64,000 nt of DNA from Takakia lepidozioides (lineage: Eukaryota; Plantae; Bryophyta): positions 48,298,001 through 48,362,000 of the forward strand of contig CM060731.1 in NCBI GenBank assembly GCA_030704615.1. Direction: 5' to 3'. Numbering within the stretch: position 1 is the first letter of the stretch; each line of letters opens with the position of its first letter. The notes beneath the pieces were generated by a model. The model was not told where the DNA came from. It did no database searches and was given only the letters and a program-made list of their open reading frames with translations. A program made the position numbers and the translations under genes. This document shows, in pieces, positions 37,501-50,980 of the stretch.

Positions 37501-39488
37501 CAACTTAACTTCACCATCCTGCAATTATACTCCACACATGGATCTTGGGGCAGGGGTCATCTCTCTAGGCCAAATATAAGTTGAAACAAGCTATGATCGA
37601 GTAAGATTTCTAGAGTGAATACTTAGTCATAAATCACAAATTGAACATCACAAGTGATAACCTGGGACATGCAAATAGCAGTTCATATGTGACAACTTTG
37701 TGATAATTCAGGGGGTCACATGATATACCATAAAGCAATCTCAATGATCTGCCCGTATTCTGAAGATCTTGGAGTCTCCCTTGATCGAACATGATGAGGG
37801 TGCAGTAGCAAACGTCTGACAACATATTGAAGTAGTAGTCGTCCTGCATTTCAAGGAGTGCGCAGTCAGTGTCTAAAAATCCCTGTATCTCATGAAATGC
37901 ATTTCCTTAAACCTTAGTAGCTAAAATCCATGCTACGAGAAAACTGATTTACGTCGTTTAAGTATGTGCATCTGAGCTTGAACAAGACAAGTATCACGGG
38001 TAACTTAGTCTGTTATGCAAAATTTTGAACACTCAATTGAGGGTTCAAGAGACTTTTACGAAATATTATAACATTCATAACAAACTCAATAGTTTAAAGC
38101 ATACCAATTACATTTCAAGAGTAGATTTTTGCCAACCTTAGCCGCTTATAGGAATATCTAGAATGCGTAACTTGGGCCAAGTGAGAAAATAAATACAGGA
38201 TTGGGAGCTTGCAGCCAGACCCCTTCCTCACAACCCAAAGCTGTGAGCAAAAGATCAGGGAAATTCATTCCAAGCTCACGAGTGTCGGCAGGCGTTATCC
38301 CTTCCATCCTGCAGGAGAATAATTAACATTGACTTTATCATATCATGAGGAGCATATGACTACTGACCAAAAGTAGACTACCTCTATGCAAGCACCCCCA
38401 TCAAACCCAAATCACCACTAGGGCTACAACTTGTATTAGGAATGTCTTATACTTACAGTCCCACCAAGCACAGACCACGGAAAACAGTGCTGGAGCCAAG
38501 CAGTCCCTCATCCAGAGCAGCTCTCCAATCACCCTGCGCGGGACGAACAAAGCCATAACAGCGCCAAGAGTCGGAAGCCATTGCAAGAGTCTAAGGTTCT
38601 ATAGCGCCAGAGGCAACACAAGTGACTTAGGATAGAAACACAGAGCTCCGGGGACTAACCATTGAAAGGTGCTTAAATAGTCCTCCCCCAGACCTCCTCT
38701 CAAGACTAGTTACGGGAGGGTACTATCGTAGAGAGAGAGACCGATCGTGCCAAAATCAAACATCATACCCCCAATGAAAAATTTCAAAGAATATTCAGGA
38801 AATATCCTTTAAACTTCCATCTTTCAGTAACCCAAGTCTTAGCGGAATCTTTGATGGCCCAAATAGAAAGAACAGAGTATCTAGAAATAATATGTATGAA
38901 CATATGTATCTCTGAAAGATCATGGGCAGAGAAAGAAATATTGATCTTCGAGCCCCTTGAAAAGATTCTAGTGAAAATGTTAAAGATGCCATATCTGGTT
39001 TTGTGGTTTGGCAGGAATATGTTACACTATGTTGCAAATGAAGAATATTTTGTTACACTCTGGTCAATAATCTGTAGTGAGCAGTTGTTTCCCTCATGTC
39101 ACCAAGTATTCTCTCCCTCTCATTGCATGGATCAGAGTAGTTGGCTATGAGAGATGCATGGGGGAAGGGATTGTGTTGCTCACTAAGGTCAGCACTCCAA
39201 CGGAACCTACTCATGCTGTGGCAACCGACTGTCACAAGTGGAACCCTTTCTAGTTTAAGCCAAATTGAAGTAGGTCTGAGATACTGAATGGCAGATAGAA
39301 GCAAAAGGTGCTCAATGTTGTAGATCAGTCTCTCTCGTTGCATATTTCTTTTTCCCCAACCAAAATGAAAATCAACCAAGCAGGTAAATGTAGGTGTCCA
39401 AATATATCTGGAGCCTGCATGTGGGTCCCAATCTTACTCTTTTCTTACTAAAAGAGTGCCATAAGTATGACCTTTCAACCCTCACATA

Positions 39489-40563
39489 TATTGAAAATAC
39501 TGATTTCACTGCTTGCTCATAGCTATTTACAGAGTAGCCAGTAAGTTATGAAGAAGCTATCCAACACTATTGAAACACTAAGAAGTACACGACTTATCAA
39601 TCTACAAGGCAATCCATGGAATCAATGATGCTCACGCATCTGTAAGTTTTTACTACACCACGCTATGAACATACATAAAAACTAACTGAGTATCGTCTGC
39701 CACCAAAAAAAATACATGTTCTACAAAGTGTAGGAGATCCAACTAGCTAGAGATTCAAAATGTGATTGACTGGCATCTGTGATTGTGACTGCTTGGTGGA
39801 CTGCCACCTATTTGCTGACTATGACTATTCGACCAGCATGGTCCAAATGTCAATGACGGACTGGATCTTCGATTTCAACACTCCCACTCAGTCCGACATT
39901 GTATGCATGCTTCAAAGATCGCTTGCACAGAGAGATTGCTTGCTGGGGAATGCAACCCAAGCATGAGCGAAAACGAATGAACTTGTCTGGACCAAGAGCC
40001 TTCGTAAAAATATCGGCAATCTGATCGTTCGTGTGAATATACTGAATGTCAATTTCTCCCTTCGCCTTGTTCTCGCGAATGACATGGTACTGAACATCTA
40101 TGTGCTTTGTTCGACGATGGTACTCTGGATTGTGAACCAGTCTGATGCAACTCTGGTTATCGCTGTGAAGTGGGGTGGGTGTCTTCTGTGAATGTCCAAG
40201 GAGTCCATGAGTCTCCGTAACCAAATAATCTCCCTGGCTAGCCATGTGAGCCACAACATACTCCGATTCAGTTGTCGATCCAGTAGTACACACTTGTTTC
40301 CGACTACTCCAAACAATTGCTCCTTGGTTCAACATAATGAGAGATCCGGATCCGGATTTTCTATCATCTATGTCACCAGCATAATTTGCGTCGCAAAATC
40401 CTGTGAGGTGTCCTGCTTCCCATTGTAGATGTTCCCTTCAAGTATTTCATGATCCGTTTCACAGCGTTGCAGTGCACAGGTCTGTGTCTTGATGCGTATT
40501 TTGCCACTGTACTCATTGCATATGAGATGTCAGGACAACTCCCGATGCTTGCAAACATCAAGC
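39489..40563 (-). mobile_element. Ty1/Copia 3' remnant (RT end, RNase H, PPT, 3' LTR)
   Basis: PDISYAMSTVAKY, WSSRKQ..STTESEY and SDNQSCI..HRRTKHIDVQYH; PPT GAGTGGGAG 39881-39889; LTR TGTTGAAA...TTTCAATA 39880-39489. Confidence 0.92.
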
Positions 40564-42597
40564 TGTTAAATTAGTAATGCAAGCATTAGTGTACCATTGA
40601 TTATTCAGCCCTCAGGTTTAATGTCTTCACTATATTCTCGCGGGTAGCAGTAGATATGCCAGTTGGTTAGCAGTTAATCCACCACCATAGTAGGTAGGAT
40701 AGACTTCATTAGTTGGTAGTTAATTACTTCTGCAATTACTTTCTACAGCTCATGAGTCCATGATATAAGGGCCTGAGGTTCACTATGCAACTATTCTAGC
40801 CTTCGATCCTCATGTAGTTGGTACACTGCTCATTCTACATGGTATCAGAACTCGGGGGGCAATAGAATCATAGTTTCTAAGTTCAGGGTTTGAGGTCACT
40901 AGGAAGCACCTCTGGTGTGAAGCACTGTTCCACCATCGTTGGATGTCTTGTTGATTTGATTTTGTGATCCTTTGAGCTCTGCTTTAGAACTGTTGTTTTA
41001 TTGCAAAATTCTTGTTCCAAAATTCTTTCCACTCTAGAAACTTCTCAAGGGCCTGTAGTTCTCATGCACCTCTCAATTCGTGTCTATGAACGTCATCTTT
41101 CTTCCACTCACTACTTTGTAAAAACAGATTTCTCTCGAGATCCCTCTTCCTCTCTCTTGCCATCGTCCTTTAGTTATTTATTGATTTAATTATTTTCTTT
41201 CTAACCTCCTTCAGCAGCCGTCATGGGAAATGGATCAGACTTGATCATCCCTCAGCAAGACAAGCTGACAGGGAAAAACAACTACTCAGTATGGAAGTTC
41301 AAGGTCACAAACTATCTGCTGAGGGAGGATATTCTTGAGCTTGTCCAGAAGAAGGTGGTCCTAGAAGCAGGTCAGGATAAGGAAGAGCTTAGAAAGAAGA
41401 AGCTCAGGGCTCTTACCATTATAAATCTCTCTCTCAGTGGATGACTCATCTCACAGAGCCAAAGGCTGTGTGGGATGCTTTGGCCAAAACGTACGATGAC
41501 AGGTCATCATCGAGGCAAATGGCTGTGAGGAACAAGTTTCATGGACTTAAAATGGAAGAAGGATCTTCCATGGAGGAATTCCTTGAGACCATTACTAATC
41601 TTGTGGCTCAACTTGCTGCCTTTGGTGAAGAAATTGAGGAATATATCATTGTTGAGCACATTTTGAATGCCTTACCTGACACGTATACTGCCTACGGTGA
41701 CGCAATCATGGCGCAGAAAGAGCTTCCTAGTGTTGCAGAACTAACTTCGAAACTGTTGCACGAGGAAACCAGACGGGAATTGAAGGGACGAAAGGCAAGA
41801 TGAAGCCTTGTGGGTCAAGTTTGAACGCTTCAGTAAGGCCTATCAACGCCAAGGACAAGGTGGAGGTCGACCTTCATCACAAAGATCTTCTATTATCACC
41901 ACCTGCAACCGATGCGGCAAGGAGGTTTATTGGACGAAGAATTGTCCGGTTCCGTACGAAGAGATTTTGAAGAACCGTAATCAGCATGCCAACATGGTTG
42001 AAGATGCACCTGACGAATCTGACGAAGACGACTGCATTGGGGCAGCTGAAATGCTGGAAGTAGCCATGGCCGCTCTCGACATGCAAAGAGATCTCACTGC
42101 CGGGGAAAAGAAAGCTTCCTGGATTATCGACTCCGGTGCTAGTAAGCACGTGACCGGCAACTCAGAAATTCTTCATGATCTGGAGGGTTGTAGCAGCACT
42201 TCTAGTGTGCGATCCGCTGGTGGCACCTACCACAATGTGGAGGGAAAAAGCCATACCAATGTATTACAAAATGGATCAATAAAGCTCATTACTGACGTTT
42301 TGTACGTCCCTGGCATGACGAGGAATTTATTATCTGTTGGTGCTTTGGCTGATAAAGGACATCTTGGAATCTTTGATGCCACGAAATGCTTGTTTATAGA
42401 GAAAGAAAGACCTCACAGAGTAGTTCTTCATGGAGAACAAATTAAATCTACTGGATTGTACAACCTAAAGTCATCTGATCAAACTTTATTTGAGGCCAAT
42501 AGCTGAATGGAATCTGACGAGATTATTCGACTGTGGCATAGGAGGCTTGGTCATCTTAATTATCGCAGTCTCCATTATCTGAGCAACAGTGGCAAAG
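40564..42597 (+). mobile_element. Ty1/Copia 5' remnant (LTR, PBS, gag, protease, pre-integrase)
   Basis: LTR TG..CA 40564-40839; PBS TGGTATCAGA at 40840 (tRNA-iMet); gag KLTGKNNYSVWK, CNRCGKEVYWTKNC, protease WIIDSGASKH, LWHRRLGHLN. Confidence 0.93.
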
Positions 42598-43530
42598 TCG
42601 ACCGCTATGTTGGCGGTCGCTTCAATTTATTGTTTTAAAAAAACAAGATTGGCGGTCGCCTAATTCAAAAAAGAAAACAAGCGACTGACGTATTGGCGGT
42701 CGCACGATAGCAAATACATTTTTGAAAATTAACAAAATGAACGTGACCGCCAATTATGGCGGTCGCTTTGTTTTTCGAAATTAAAAAAAGAAATAGCGAC
42801 CGACGTATTGGCGATCACTTCAATTTATTTTTTTTAAAAGCGAGATTGGCGGTCGCACTGGCGGTCGCTTTATTTTTCGAAATAAAAAAAGAAATAGCGA
42901 CCGCCATATTGGCGATCGCTTCAAATTTATTTTTAAAAAAAACAAGTTTGGCGGTCGCTTTATTTTTCGAATTAAAAAAAGAAATAGCGACCGCTATCTT
43001 CAATTTATTGTTTTAAAAAAACAAGATTGGCGGTCGTCTAATTTAAAAAAGAAAACAAGCGACTGCCGTATTGGCGGTCGCACAATTTTGTAAATATGTA
43101 CAGACAAGCGACGACCATATGGCGGTCGGATAATTTCAAAAATATATAAAAAAAACAGCGACCGCCATTGGGCGGTCGCTTAATTTAAAAAATATATAGA
43201 AAAACAAACGACCGCCATAAAATATAAAGATTGAAAGCGACCGCCTTACTGGCGGTCGCGTTTTTTTCAAAATATTAAAAATAAAAGCGACCACCATATT
43301 GGCGGTTGCTTTATTTTAAATATATTAACAAATGAAGCGACCGCCATACCGGCAGTCGCATTATATTTTGAAATAAAAAACAATAGCGACTGCCATACGG
43401 GCGGTCGCTTCAATTTAAAAATATAGTGACCACAATATTGCACAAAATGAAAGGAAATAAAAGCAACCACAGTAGTGGTGGTCGCTTGTTTTTCATAAAA
43501 AATAAAAATATGGACCGTAGTATTAGCGGT
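42598..43530. repeat. Array of palindromic GCGACCGCC-N3/5-GGCGGTCGC motifs in AT-rich spacers (CACTA-type subterminal repeats)
   Basis: About 20 full or half palindromes; the same motif occurs at 50604-50980 and 57910-58137. Confidence 0.8.
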
Positions 43531-43929
43531 CACTTAATTTCAAAATTACAACAAATATGGTTGTACAGCTTTTTTCGGGTGGGCGCTATTGGTTCGTCAT
43601 TTATTCATTTCACTTTCATCATTTTTGGATCATATATAAGGGATGAGGGTCACCAAGCTCTTCAGTTCTTTTGGCGCAAATACTTGAGGTTGTTTTGAAT
43701 GTTCTCTTCCATTGAACGAGAGTGTAGCCCAAGAGGAGGGTGCGCACCTTTTGCCATTGTGGCTTCCACCAAAGCCATTTCAGCAGATTGTGTATAAGCT
43801 CAATACTACAACCCACATCGACCCACTTGAGTTGTTGACATGTGTAGAAGTGTTGGGCTATCGCATTGCACTTTACATTCACAACGCGTTCATTTATAGG
43901 TGACTGTTTTTTTGTTGTTTGCATCGCTA

Positions 43930-44340
43930 GGTCTGAGGGGAGTGGATATTGGGTGAAGATGAGGGAGAAATTGAGCCCTTGGTATACGACAATCCCGAAC
44001 ACTGTAAGTGCCACTGGTAGTGTTGAGTGCAACCTATGTGGATTAAAGCTTTCTTATTGTAAGGATCGGTTGCTCGCTCACCTCGGCTATAAAGATGTGA
44101 AGAGCGTTGGGTGGGGTTTATGCCCCAAAGCATCTATGCGGGTAAAAACACTTTGCCCAGTGTGAAGGCAATATTTCAATGTCTTTGGATATGGACATGA
44201 CCTCTGAGCAGAACACTCCAGCTTCCCGTCAGGATGCCTCGATTAGTACCCAGGGCGACTCTTGTGGGTGTCCTTGGACAAATGGGTTGTGTCGGAGCAA
44301 CACCTGCTTCAACACCGTTTGATGAGTCAACAAGAGCTCG
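43930..44340 (+). mobile_element. hAT transposase N-terminal BED zinc-finger fragment
   Basis: W.Y....GSVECNLCG..SYCKDRLLAHLGY....CPKAS pattern. Confidence 0.65.
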
Positions 44341-44342
44341 GG

Positions 44343-46200
44343 TGTTAAAGGAGCAAGCGGTGCATGTGTTAGCATGGTTTCAGTTTGTGGGAGTCTTCAA
44401 CTTCAAGCTTAGGAGAGCTATGAATAGAGGCAGACATCTGATTTCTCTTTGGGGCAGAATAGTGTATTTGTAGAGCATGTTTTGAGTTGGGGTTTCAATC
44501 CCAAGCTTGGGAAGAGCATGTCTATGGAAGTGGCAAGTGCAGGGCTGGATTAGGAGCTCTAAGAGGTGCACTATGGCCATAGAAGGAAACACTATGAGTG
44601 CATACGATGGCTAGAAAAGGGTATGCCATAGAAAGCTCAATAGCTTGTTCTATGCTTGTTTCAATAAGTTCTATAGAGAAAGAGAGCTTGTTGTGTGACA
44701 ACTAGCTTGCTCAGGGAGTTAGAGCCACTCTTGGTGGTCTATTGATGCTCAAAAAACCAAGAACAGCACCTCTGGTTGTTCCATAGAAGCCATAGTTTGT
44801 TGCAGCAATCGCAGAGGCAAAGCGGCGCAAACTCTAGCTTGGGAACGCGTGGGAACGCGTGTGAACTCTTTGGGAACTCGTGGGAACATTGCCCCAGGGT
44901 TGGGAGCACCACTATTGTCCTATCGGATGAACTATTGAGCCAGTGGATGAAAATCGGCGCTCCTGGATGAGAATTGGCTGTAGTGGATGAAACTGTGCCA
45001 GCGGATGAACTATCGCGCTATCGGATGAAAAATCGCGGCGACGGATGAAACTGCGTCAGTGGATGAAATCGTGGCAGCGGATGAACTATCGTGCCATCGG
45101 ATGAAAAATCGCGGCAACGGATGAAACTGCGCCAGCGGATGAAATATTGCGCCAGTGGATGAAATATCGCACCGACGGATGAACTATCGCGGCGGATGAA
45201 ATATCGAACCTGCGGATGAGAAATCGCGGTTTTGGATGATTTGGTCAGTGACGGATGAAAAATTGACTGACTGTGGATATTTTTGGAGCCTTAGGGGGGC
45301 TTGTTTGAGAACTATTTGGGGTCTGTTGAGGCCAATATCTAGCAGGTATTGGGGCATGTTTGAGGACTATTTGGGGTCTATTGAGGCCAATATCTAACAG
45401 GTATTGGGGCCTGTTTGAGGACTATTTGGGGTCTATTGAGGCCAATATCTTGCAGGTATTGGGGCCTGCTTTTAGGATTATTAGGGGTCTATTGAGGCCA
45501 ATATCTTGCAGGCTTGTGGAGCCTGCTTGGGGCTGTTTGAAGGACTATGTGGGGTTATTTGAGGCCAATGTTTGGCAGGCTTGTGGAGCCTTGTGAGGGC
45601 TGGTTGGAGGACGATTGGAGGTCCTTGGATGCCCATATTGGGCAGGTTTATGGAGTTTTCTAAGAGCTCTTTGGGGGACTATTGAAGGTCATTGGAGGCC
45701 AATACTTGGCAGATTTGATGAGCTTCTTAAGGGCTGTTGGAGGACTGTTGGAGGTCCTTGGAGGCAAGTACTTGGCAGATTTGAGGAGCTTCTTAAGGGT
45801 TGTTGGAGGACTGTTGGAGGTCCTTGGAGGCCAATACTTGGCAGGCTTGTGGAGCCATTGTGAGGGCTGGTTGGAGACCTTGGAGGCCAGTAATTGGCGG
45901 GTGTCTAGGGGCTTTTGGTGGACTGTTTAGAGTCCAAGTTTGCGAACTTCTTGAACCTCGGTGGGTCTATGTTAGGGGCTGATTGAGGGCAGATTTCAGA
46001 AGTTCATGGCAATAATTTGTGGGCTCTTGAGAGTTATTTGAGAGGTTCTTTAAGGATAGTCTTATCTATTGCTTGAGCAAGAGTGAGTGTGAAGATAGGG
46101 GGAGTAATAGGATGAGAGCATTCTGGGCTTAGAGATTGCTTTAGCTTTATTTCTCTATAGTCTTCCATCATTCTTGTAGGCCAAAGCTTTTCCTGCCGCA
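44343..46200 (+). mobile_element. Full-length ~1.86 kb LTR (same family as 12136-12914), no TSD
   Basis: TG...CA termini with imperfect inverted ends; 3' part matches 12136-12914; left boundary inferred. Confidence 0.65.
44925..45260 (+). repeat. Phased GGATGA(A) array
   Basis: About 18 GGATGA motifs, mostly 18-20 bp apart, with variable CG-rich spacers. Confidence 0.85.
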
Positions 46201-47735
46201 TCTCAACTCCTCATGGGCATGGCGTACCAATCGCGCTCGTTGTGTTGGATGAGGCATAATCCTCACTCGTCTATCCTCCCATACCCGGAGTAGGTGAGTC
46301 CCCTCCCACTTGAACCTCTTGGCTCGTTGTAGGACCCGATCCCTCTCCTTAGCAGTCACACTAGCTGATGTCTCTCCGGTACGAAGGTATACCAACACTG
46401 CTGCATCTTCATGCACATCTTTAGCACCACCAAACTCCTCACTAGTCTCTGGATCGTCATGCACGCTATCTACATGACCAATCGCATAGGATGAACCAGC
46501 TTGAGTTCCCATTGCTAGAATGCACAAAAGGCCGATGCGTGCCATCCTGGCACCATCTCCTCAATCCGTCTCACCATGCCACCAAGCTCCAGTATCATCA
46601 TGCTCGCTCGTGCATGGATTACGACTCAATCCATCTGCATCCCGATTGACAATACCGGCTCGATGCACCACCTGGAAGTCGTACTCTTGAAGCATAAGTG
46701 CCCACCGTGCAAGCTTCCCTGTAAGCTTGTCTGACTCCATCAACCACTTCAATGGTTGGTGATCCGTGACAAGGGTGAAGATATTGTCATAGAGGTAGCA
46801 TCTAAAATGTGTCACTGTCCATACCGCAGCTAGACACTCCCCTTCATAAGAACTATACTTTGCCTCGGCATCATTGTTCGAACGGCTAGCATATGCCAGT
46901 ACGAACTCTCTTCCCTCATCATCCACCTGTGTGAGCACTGCTCCAATCCCCAGCATACTCTAATACGTATATAGCCGGAAATGCCGCTCCCAAATAGGCC
47001 GCCTCAAAATAGGTGCAGAAGTCAATTGAGCCTTGAGTTTCTCAAAGGCTTCATCTTGCTCCTCCTCCCACTGCCACTCCTGACCCACCTTGGTCTACTT
47101 GGTAAGAGCCTTTGCAATGCTGCTAAATCCCTTGACAAACTGTCGATAGTAGTTTGCCAATCCCATGAAAGCACGAACTCTGCTCACATCCATGGCGCGT
47201 GGAATGCATGCAATGGCCTCCACCTTTGTCTGTTGAACACCCAATCCTCCAGGGTATATCATGTGGCCCAGATATTCAATTGATTGTGGAAGAACTTGCA
47301 CTTTCCGGGGTGCAGTTTCAACCCGTGCGCTCTCAAGCGCTCAAACACCACCTGAAGGTGTCTCTCATGCTCCTCAACCGTAGCACTAAAGACGTGATGT
47401 AATCAATGTAGCACCGGGCAAAGTCTAGCCCGTGAGAATCCTATCCATGACCCTCTGAAACTCTGCAGGAGCATTTTTCAACCCAAACGGTAAGAACCGC
47501 CATTAGTACAAACAATCCTTCCCATGTTGGTCAATCCCCCATAATGTCGTCTTTTGCTTGTCAACCTCATTGATTGGCAACTGGTGGTAACCGGATCGCA
47601 AGTCCAATGTGCTAAACACCTTTGTATGCCCAATGACATCAAAGATCTCATCTGGAGTTGGCATGGCATATCTATCGGACTTAGTCTGACGGTTCACAGG
47701 ACGGTAGTCCCCACACATCCTTCTTTCTGTCCAAC
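46201..47735 (-). mobile_element. Ty3/Gypsy pol fragment (RT, RNase H, start of integrase)
   Basis: MCGDYRPVN..FSTLDLRSGYHQL, IEYLGH, AYASRSNNDAEAKYSSYEGECLA, TDHQPLKWL, RLVRHAHEEL. Confidence 0.93.
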
Positions 47736-47739
47736 GTCA

Positions 47740-50390
47740 GGAGAAGCGATCTGGATGGTCGACGACGCACCATGTTGCTGCTACTACAACACCAAATACA
47801 ACGATCCATCAGACATCCGGTAATGATCATATGCAGATTGATGCTGTCCGATTCAAGCCATTGACGCCACAAGAAAAACAAAGACGGTGCTCGAATGGAT
47901 TATGCCTTTATAGCGGAGAAGATGATTACATGGCATTAAACTGCCCCAACAAGAGAAGATTCAAAGCTCAGGACAGCACTCAAGTGTTCGATACGAGGAG
48001 GTCGGAAAACGAAGATGTCCAGTCACAGTAAGGACCATGCGGCTGAACACCCCAAATTCCTCACCAAAAAAAGATCTATTTCTACCTCCAGATCCTGTAC
48101 CTTGTTTCACAGTTCCAGTAAAGATCAGGATGCAACATCGAGATATCTCCGTAGAAGCACTTTTGGACTCGGGCGCTTCAGCGTGTTTTATTGACAAAGA
48201 CTTTGCGAAACAACACAATTTAACGCTCGTAAGAAAGAAATTTTCGGCCCCTGTTGAAGTCATCGATGGACGACCGTTAGCATCAGGAAATATTGACCAT
48301 GAAACTCGACCCCTTGAAGTGAAGCTTAAAAATCAAGCATCACAGATTGTTTTCAATGTTATGCAGTCTCCAACGAATCCTGTGATCCTTGGACTTCCCT
48401 GGTTTGTACTTCATAATCCTGACATCGACTGGCGATCACGAAATATTTCGGCAAGACAAAAATGCAAAAGTACCAAAGGTATTCAACCCCTGTTTCTTGG
48501 AGCTAGAGCCTTTATGAGAGCTACGAAGAAAGACGCGACATTTGCACTTTATGCGACTCCAATCAAAACCACAACAGACCAAGGTACTTCGACATTACCC
48601 ACTCAATATCAAGATTTCAAGGATGTCTTCGAGAAGAAAAATGCAGACATGTTGCCAGAACATCGACCTTATGATTGTGCAATTGAGTTGCAAAAAGGAG
48701 CTCAACCACCATTCGGCCCAATCTACAATTTATCTCAGACAGAGCTGGATGCTTTGCGCGAATACATTGATGAAAATTTGTCAAAGAATTTCATTCAACA
48801 TTCGAAATCACCCACGGAAGCACCTATCTTATTTGTGAAGAAGAAGGACGGATCGTTACGTATGTGTGTGGACTATCGTGGGCTCAACAAAGTCACTATA
48901 AAAAATCGTTACCCACTACCGTTGATTTCCGGACTCCTCGAACAACTTGGACGAGCAATTTTTTTCACAAAGATCGACTTGAGATGAGCTTACAACCTTG
49001 TACGAATAAAAGAAGGAGACAAATAGAAAATTGTTTTTTGCACAAGGTATGGACATTTCGAATACAGTATTATGCTTTTCAGTCTTACAAATGCTCCAGC
49101 AATTTTTCAACACATGATGAATGATATCTTTCGAGAATTTTTAAATGACTTTGTAGTCATCTATTTGGACGACATTTTGATATTTTCACATAATGAAGAA
49201 GAACATGGTCGCCAGGTACGCCTTCTCCTTGATAAATTGAGGGAAAAAACACTATATGTCAAGTTGAAAAAATGTCTTTTCCACCAATCTGAAGTCGAAT
49301 TTTTGGGCTACATTATTTCCAACAAATGAGTCTTTATGGATCAGAAGAAAATACAAACCATCATCGAGTGGATTAAACCAACTTCGGTCTGAGATGTACA
49401 ATGTTTTCTAGGATTTGCAAATTTCTATAGACTCTTCATCTAGGACTACTCCAAAATTGTTGCACCAATGACACGACTCACAAGGAATGACAAATTTGTA
49501 TGGGACGAGAAGGCTGACCAAACATTTGAGAGGTTGAAGCAGACATTTACAACGGCTCCAATACTGGTACATGCAGACCCATCTAAACCATTCTTTTTTG
49601 AAGCAGATGTATCGAACTTTGTACTTGGCGCGATACTATCTTAATACGGTACAGATGGTCGACTTCACCCTGTTGGTTTTCGTTCTCGCAAATTTTCCAC
49701 TGCGGAGATCAATTATGAAATCCATGATAAAGAACTTCTAGCGATTATCGATGCTTTTGAGGAGTGGCGTCATCTATTGGAGGAAGCTTAACATCAGGTC
49801 ATTGTCTATATCGATCACAAAACCCTCGAGTATTTTATGAGTGCTCGTATTTTGAATCGACGTCAAGCAAGATGGAGTATGTCATTAACAAGGTTTGATT
49901 TTGTTATTACCTACCGTCCCGGACATCTTCAAGGAAAACCAGATGCTCTTTCTCGACAATCGTATCTTTGCGCCAAAGGAAGGGGATGCAGCTTTTGACC
50001 AACAGAAATCCATCATTTTGAAACCAACAAATCTCCAATTGAATATGTTATCCATGTCCACCTATGACGATGCAGAGATCATAAAAGAGATTCAGGAAGC
50101 ACTGAAGAGCGACCAATTTGCTACGACACTACGAAGTCAACTAAATCGACCTCGAGACAACCCGCATGTTACAAACGACTTCGAGTTCAAAAATGACTTA
50201 CTTTATTTCAAATGACTTCTCTATGTACCTCAAGGACCTACACGACTTCGAATTCTTCAAACATGTCATGATCTTCCAGCTGGAGAACATTTCGGCTTCA
50301 ACAAAACAATATAAATTTTATCCAGGGACTATTGGTGGTCGCAGATGTGGAAACTCGTGAAAGAATTTATAAAATCTTGCGACACGTGTG
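47740..50390 (+). mobile_element. Ty3/Gypsy (Tcn1-like chromovirus) gag end plus degenerate pol
   Basis: MQIDA..GLCLY knuckle, protease [32 protein letters not shown], RNase H, integrase zinc finger cut at SCDTC; many stops. Confidence 0.93.
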
Positions 50391-50603
50391 CCCTAATTAT
50401 CATTTCTGACGTGACGTGGCGCTGACACGTCAGCCGTCACGTATGATGTGCGTCACGTCACGTCCAATCCGGACGTTTAACCATGTAATATTTTTTACAT
50501 TTGACTTTTACGATTTACTTCTACCATTTGTAATGACATGGCAGCCATGGTGTAAAACAGACGTGGCTAATTATTAAATATTTATTAATTCTTTTTAAAA
50601 AAT

Positions 50604-50980
50604 GAGTCCGCCTATATTGGCAGTCGCATATAATTTATTGTTTTTAATAAAAACGACCGCCCATATTGGCGGTCGCTTGTAATTTAATATTTTGTTGAAT
50701 TAAGCGACCGCCAGTATTGGCGGTCGCCGGTAATTTATTTATTTTGAAATGAAGCGACCGCCCATATTGGCGGTCGCCCGTAATTTATTTATTTTTAAAT
50801 GAAGCGACCGCCCATATTGGCGGTCGCCCGTAATTTGTTTATTTTTAAATGAAGCGACCGCCCATATTGGCGGTCGCTTGTATTTTATTACATTTTAAAA
50901 TAAGTGACCGCCTACATTGGCCATGTGGCGGTCGCTCTTCTTGTTTTTATAAATATAGCGGCTGCCATGCAGCGGTCGAG
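50604..50980. repeat. Palindromic subterminal repeat array (left end of kinase-carrying element)
   Basis: AAGCGACCGCCCATATTGGCGGTCGC at ~50 bp period. Confidence 0.85.

Larger units (their letters stand above)
29893..39489. repeat. Right arm of the ~9.5 kb inverted duplication
   Basis: Reverse complement of 2634-12135 with scattered indels (tandem ~79 bp duplication at 35705-35850; extra segment ~35220-35430). Confidence 0.95.

Noticed and set aside
42598-43530. CRISPR-like appearance: palindromic ~25 bp repeats with ~25-35 bp spacers (also 50604-50980 and 57910-58137)
   Set aside because: Eukaryotic context, no cas genes, degenerate repeats and AT-rich mutually similar spacers; fits DNA-transposon subterminal repeats.
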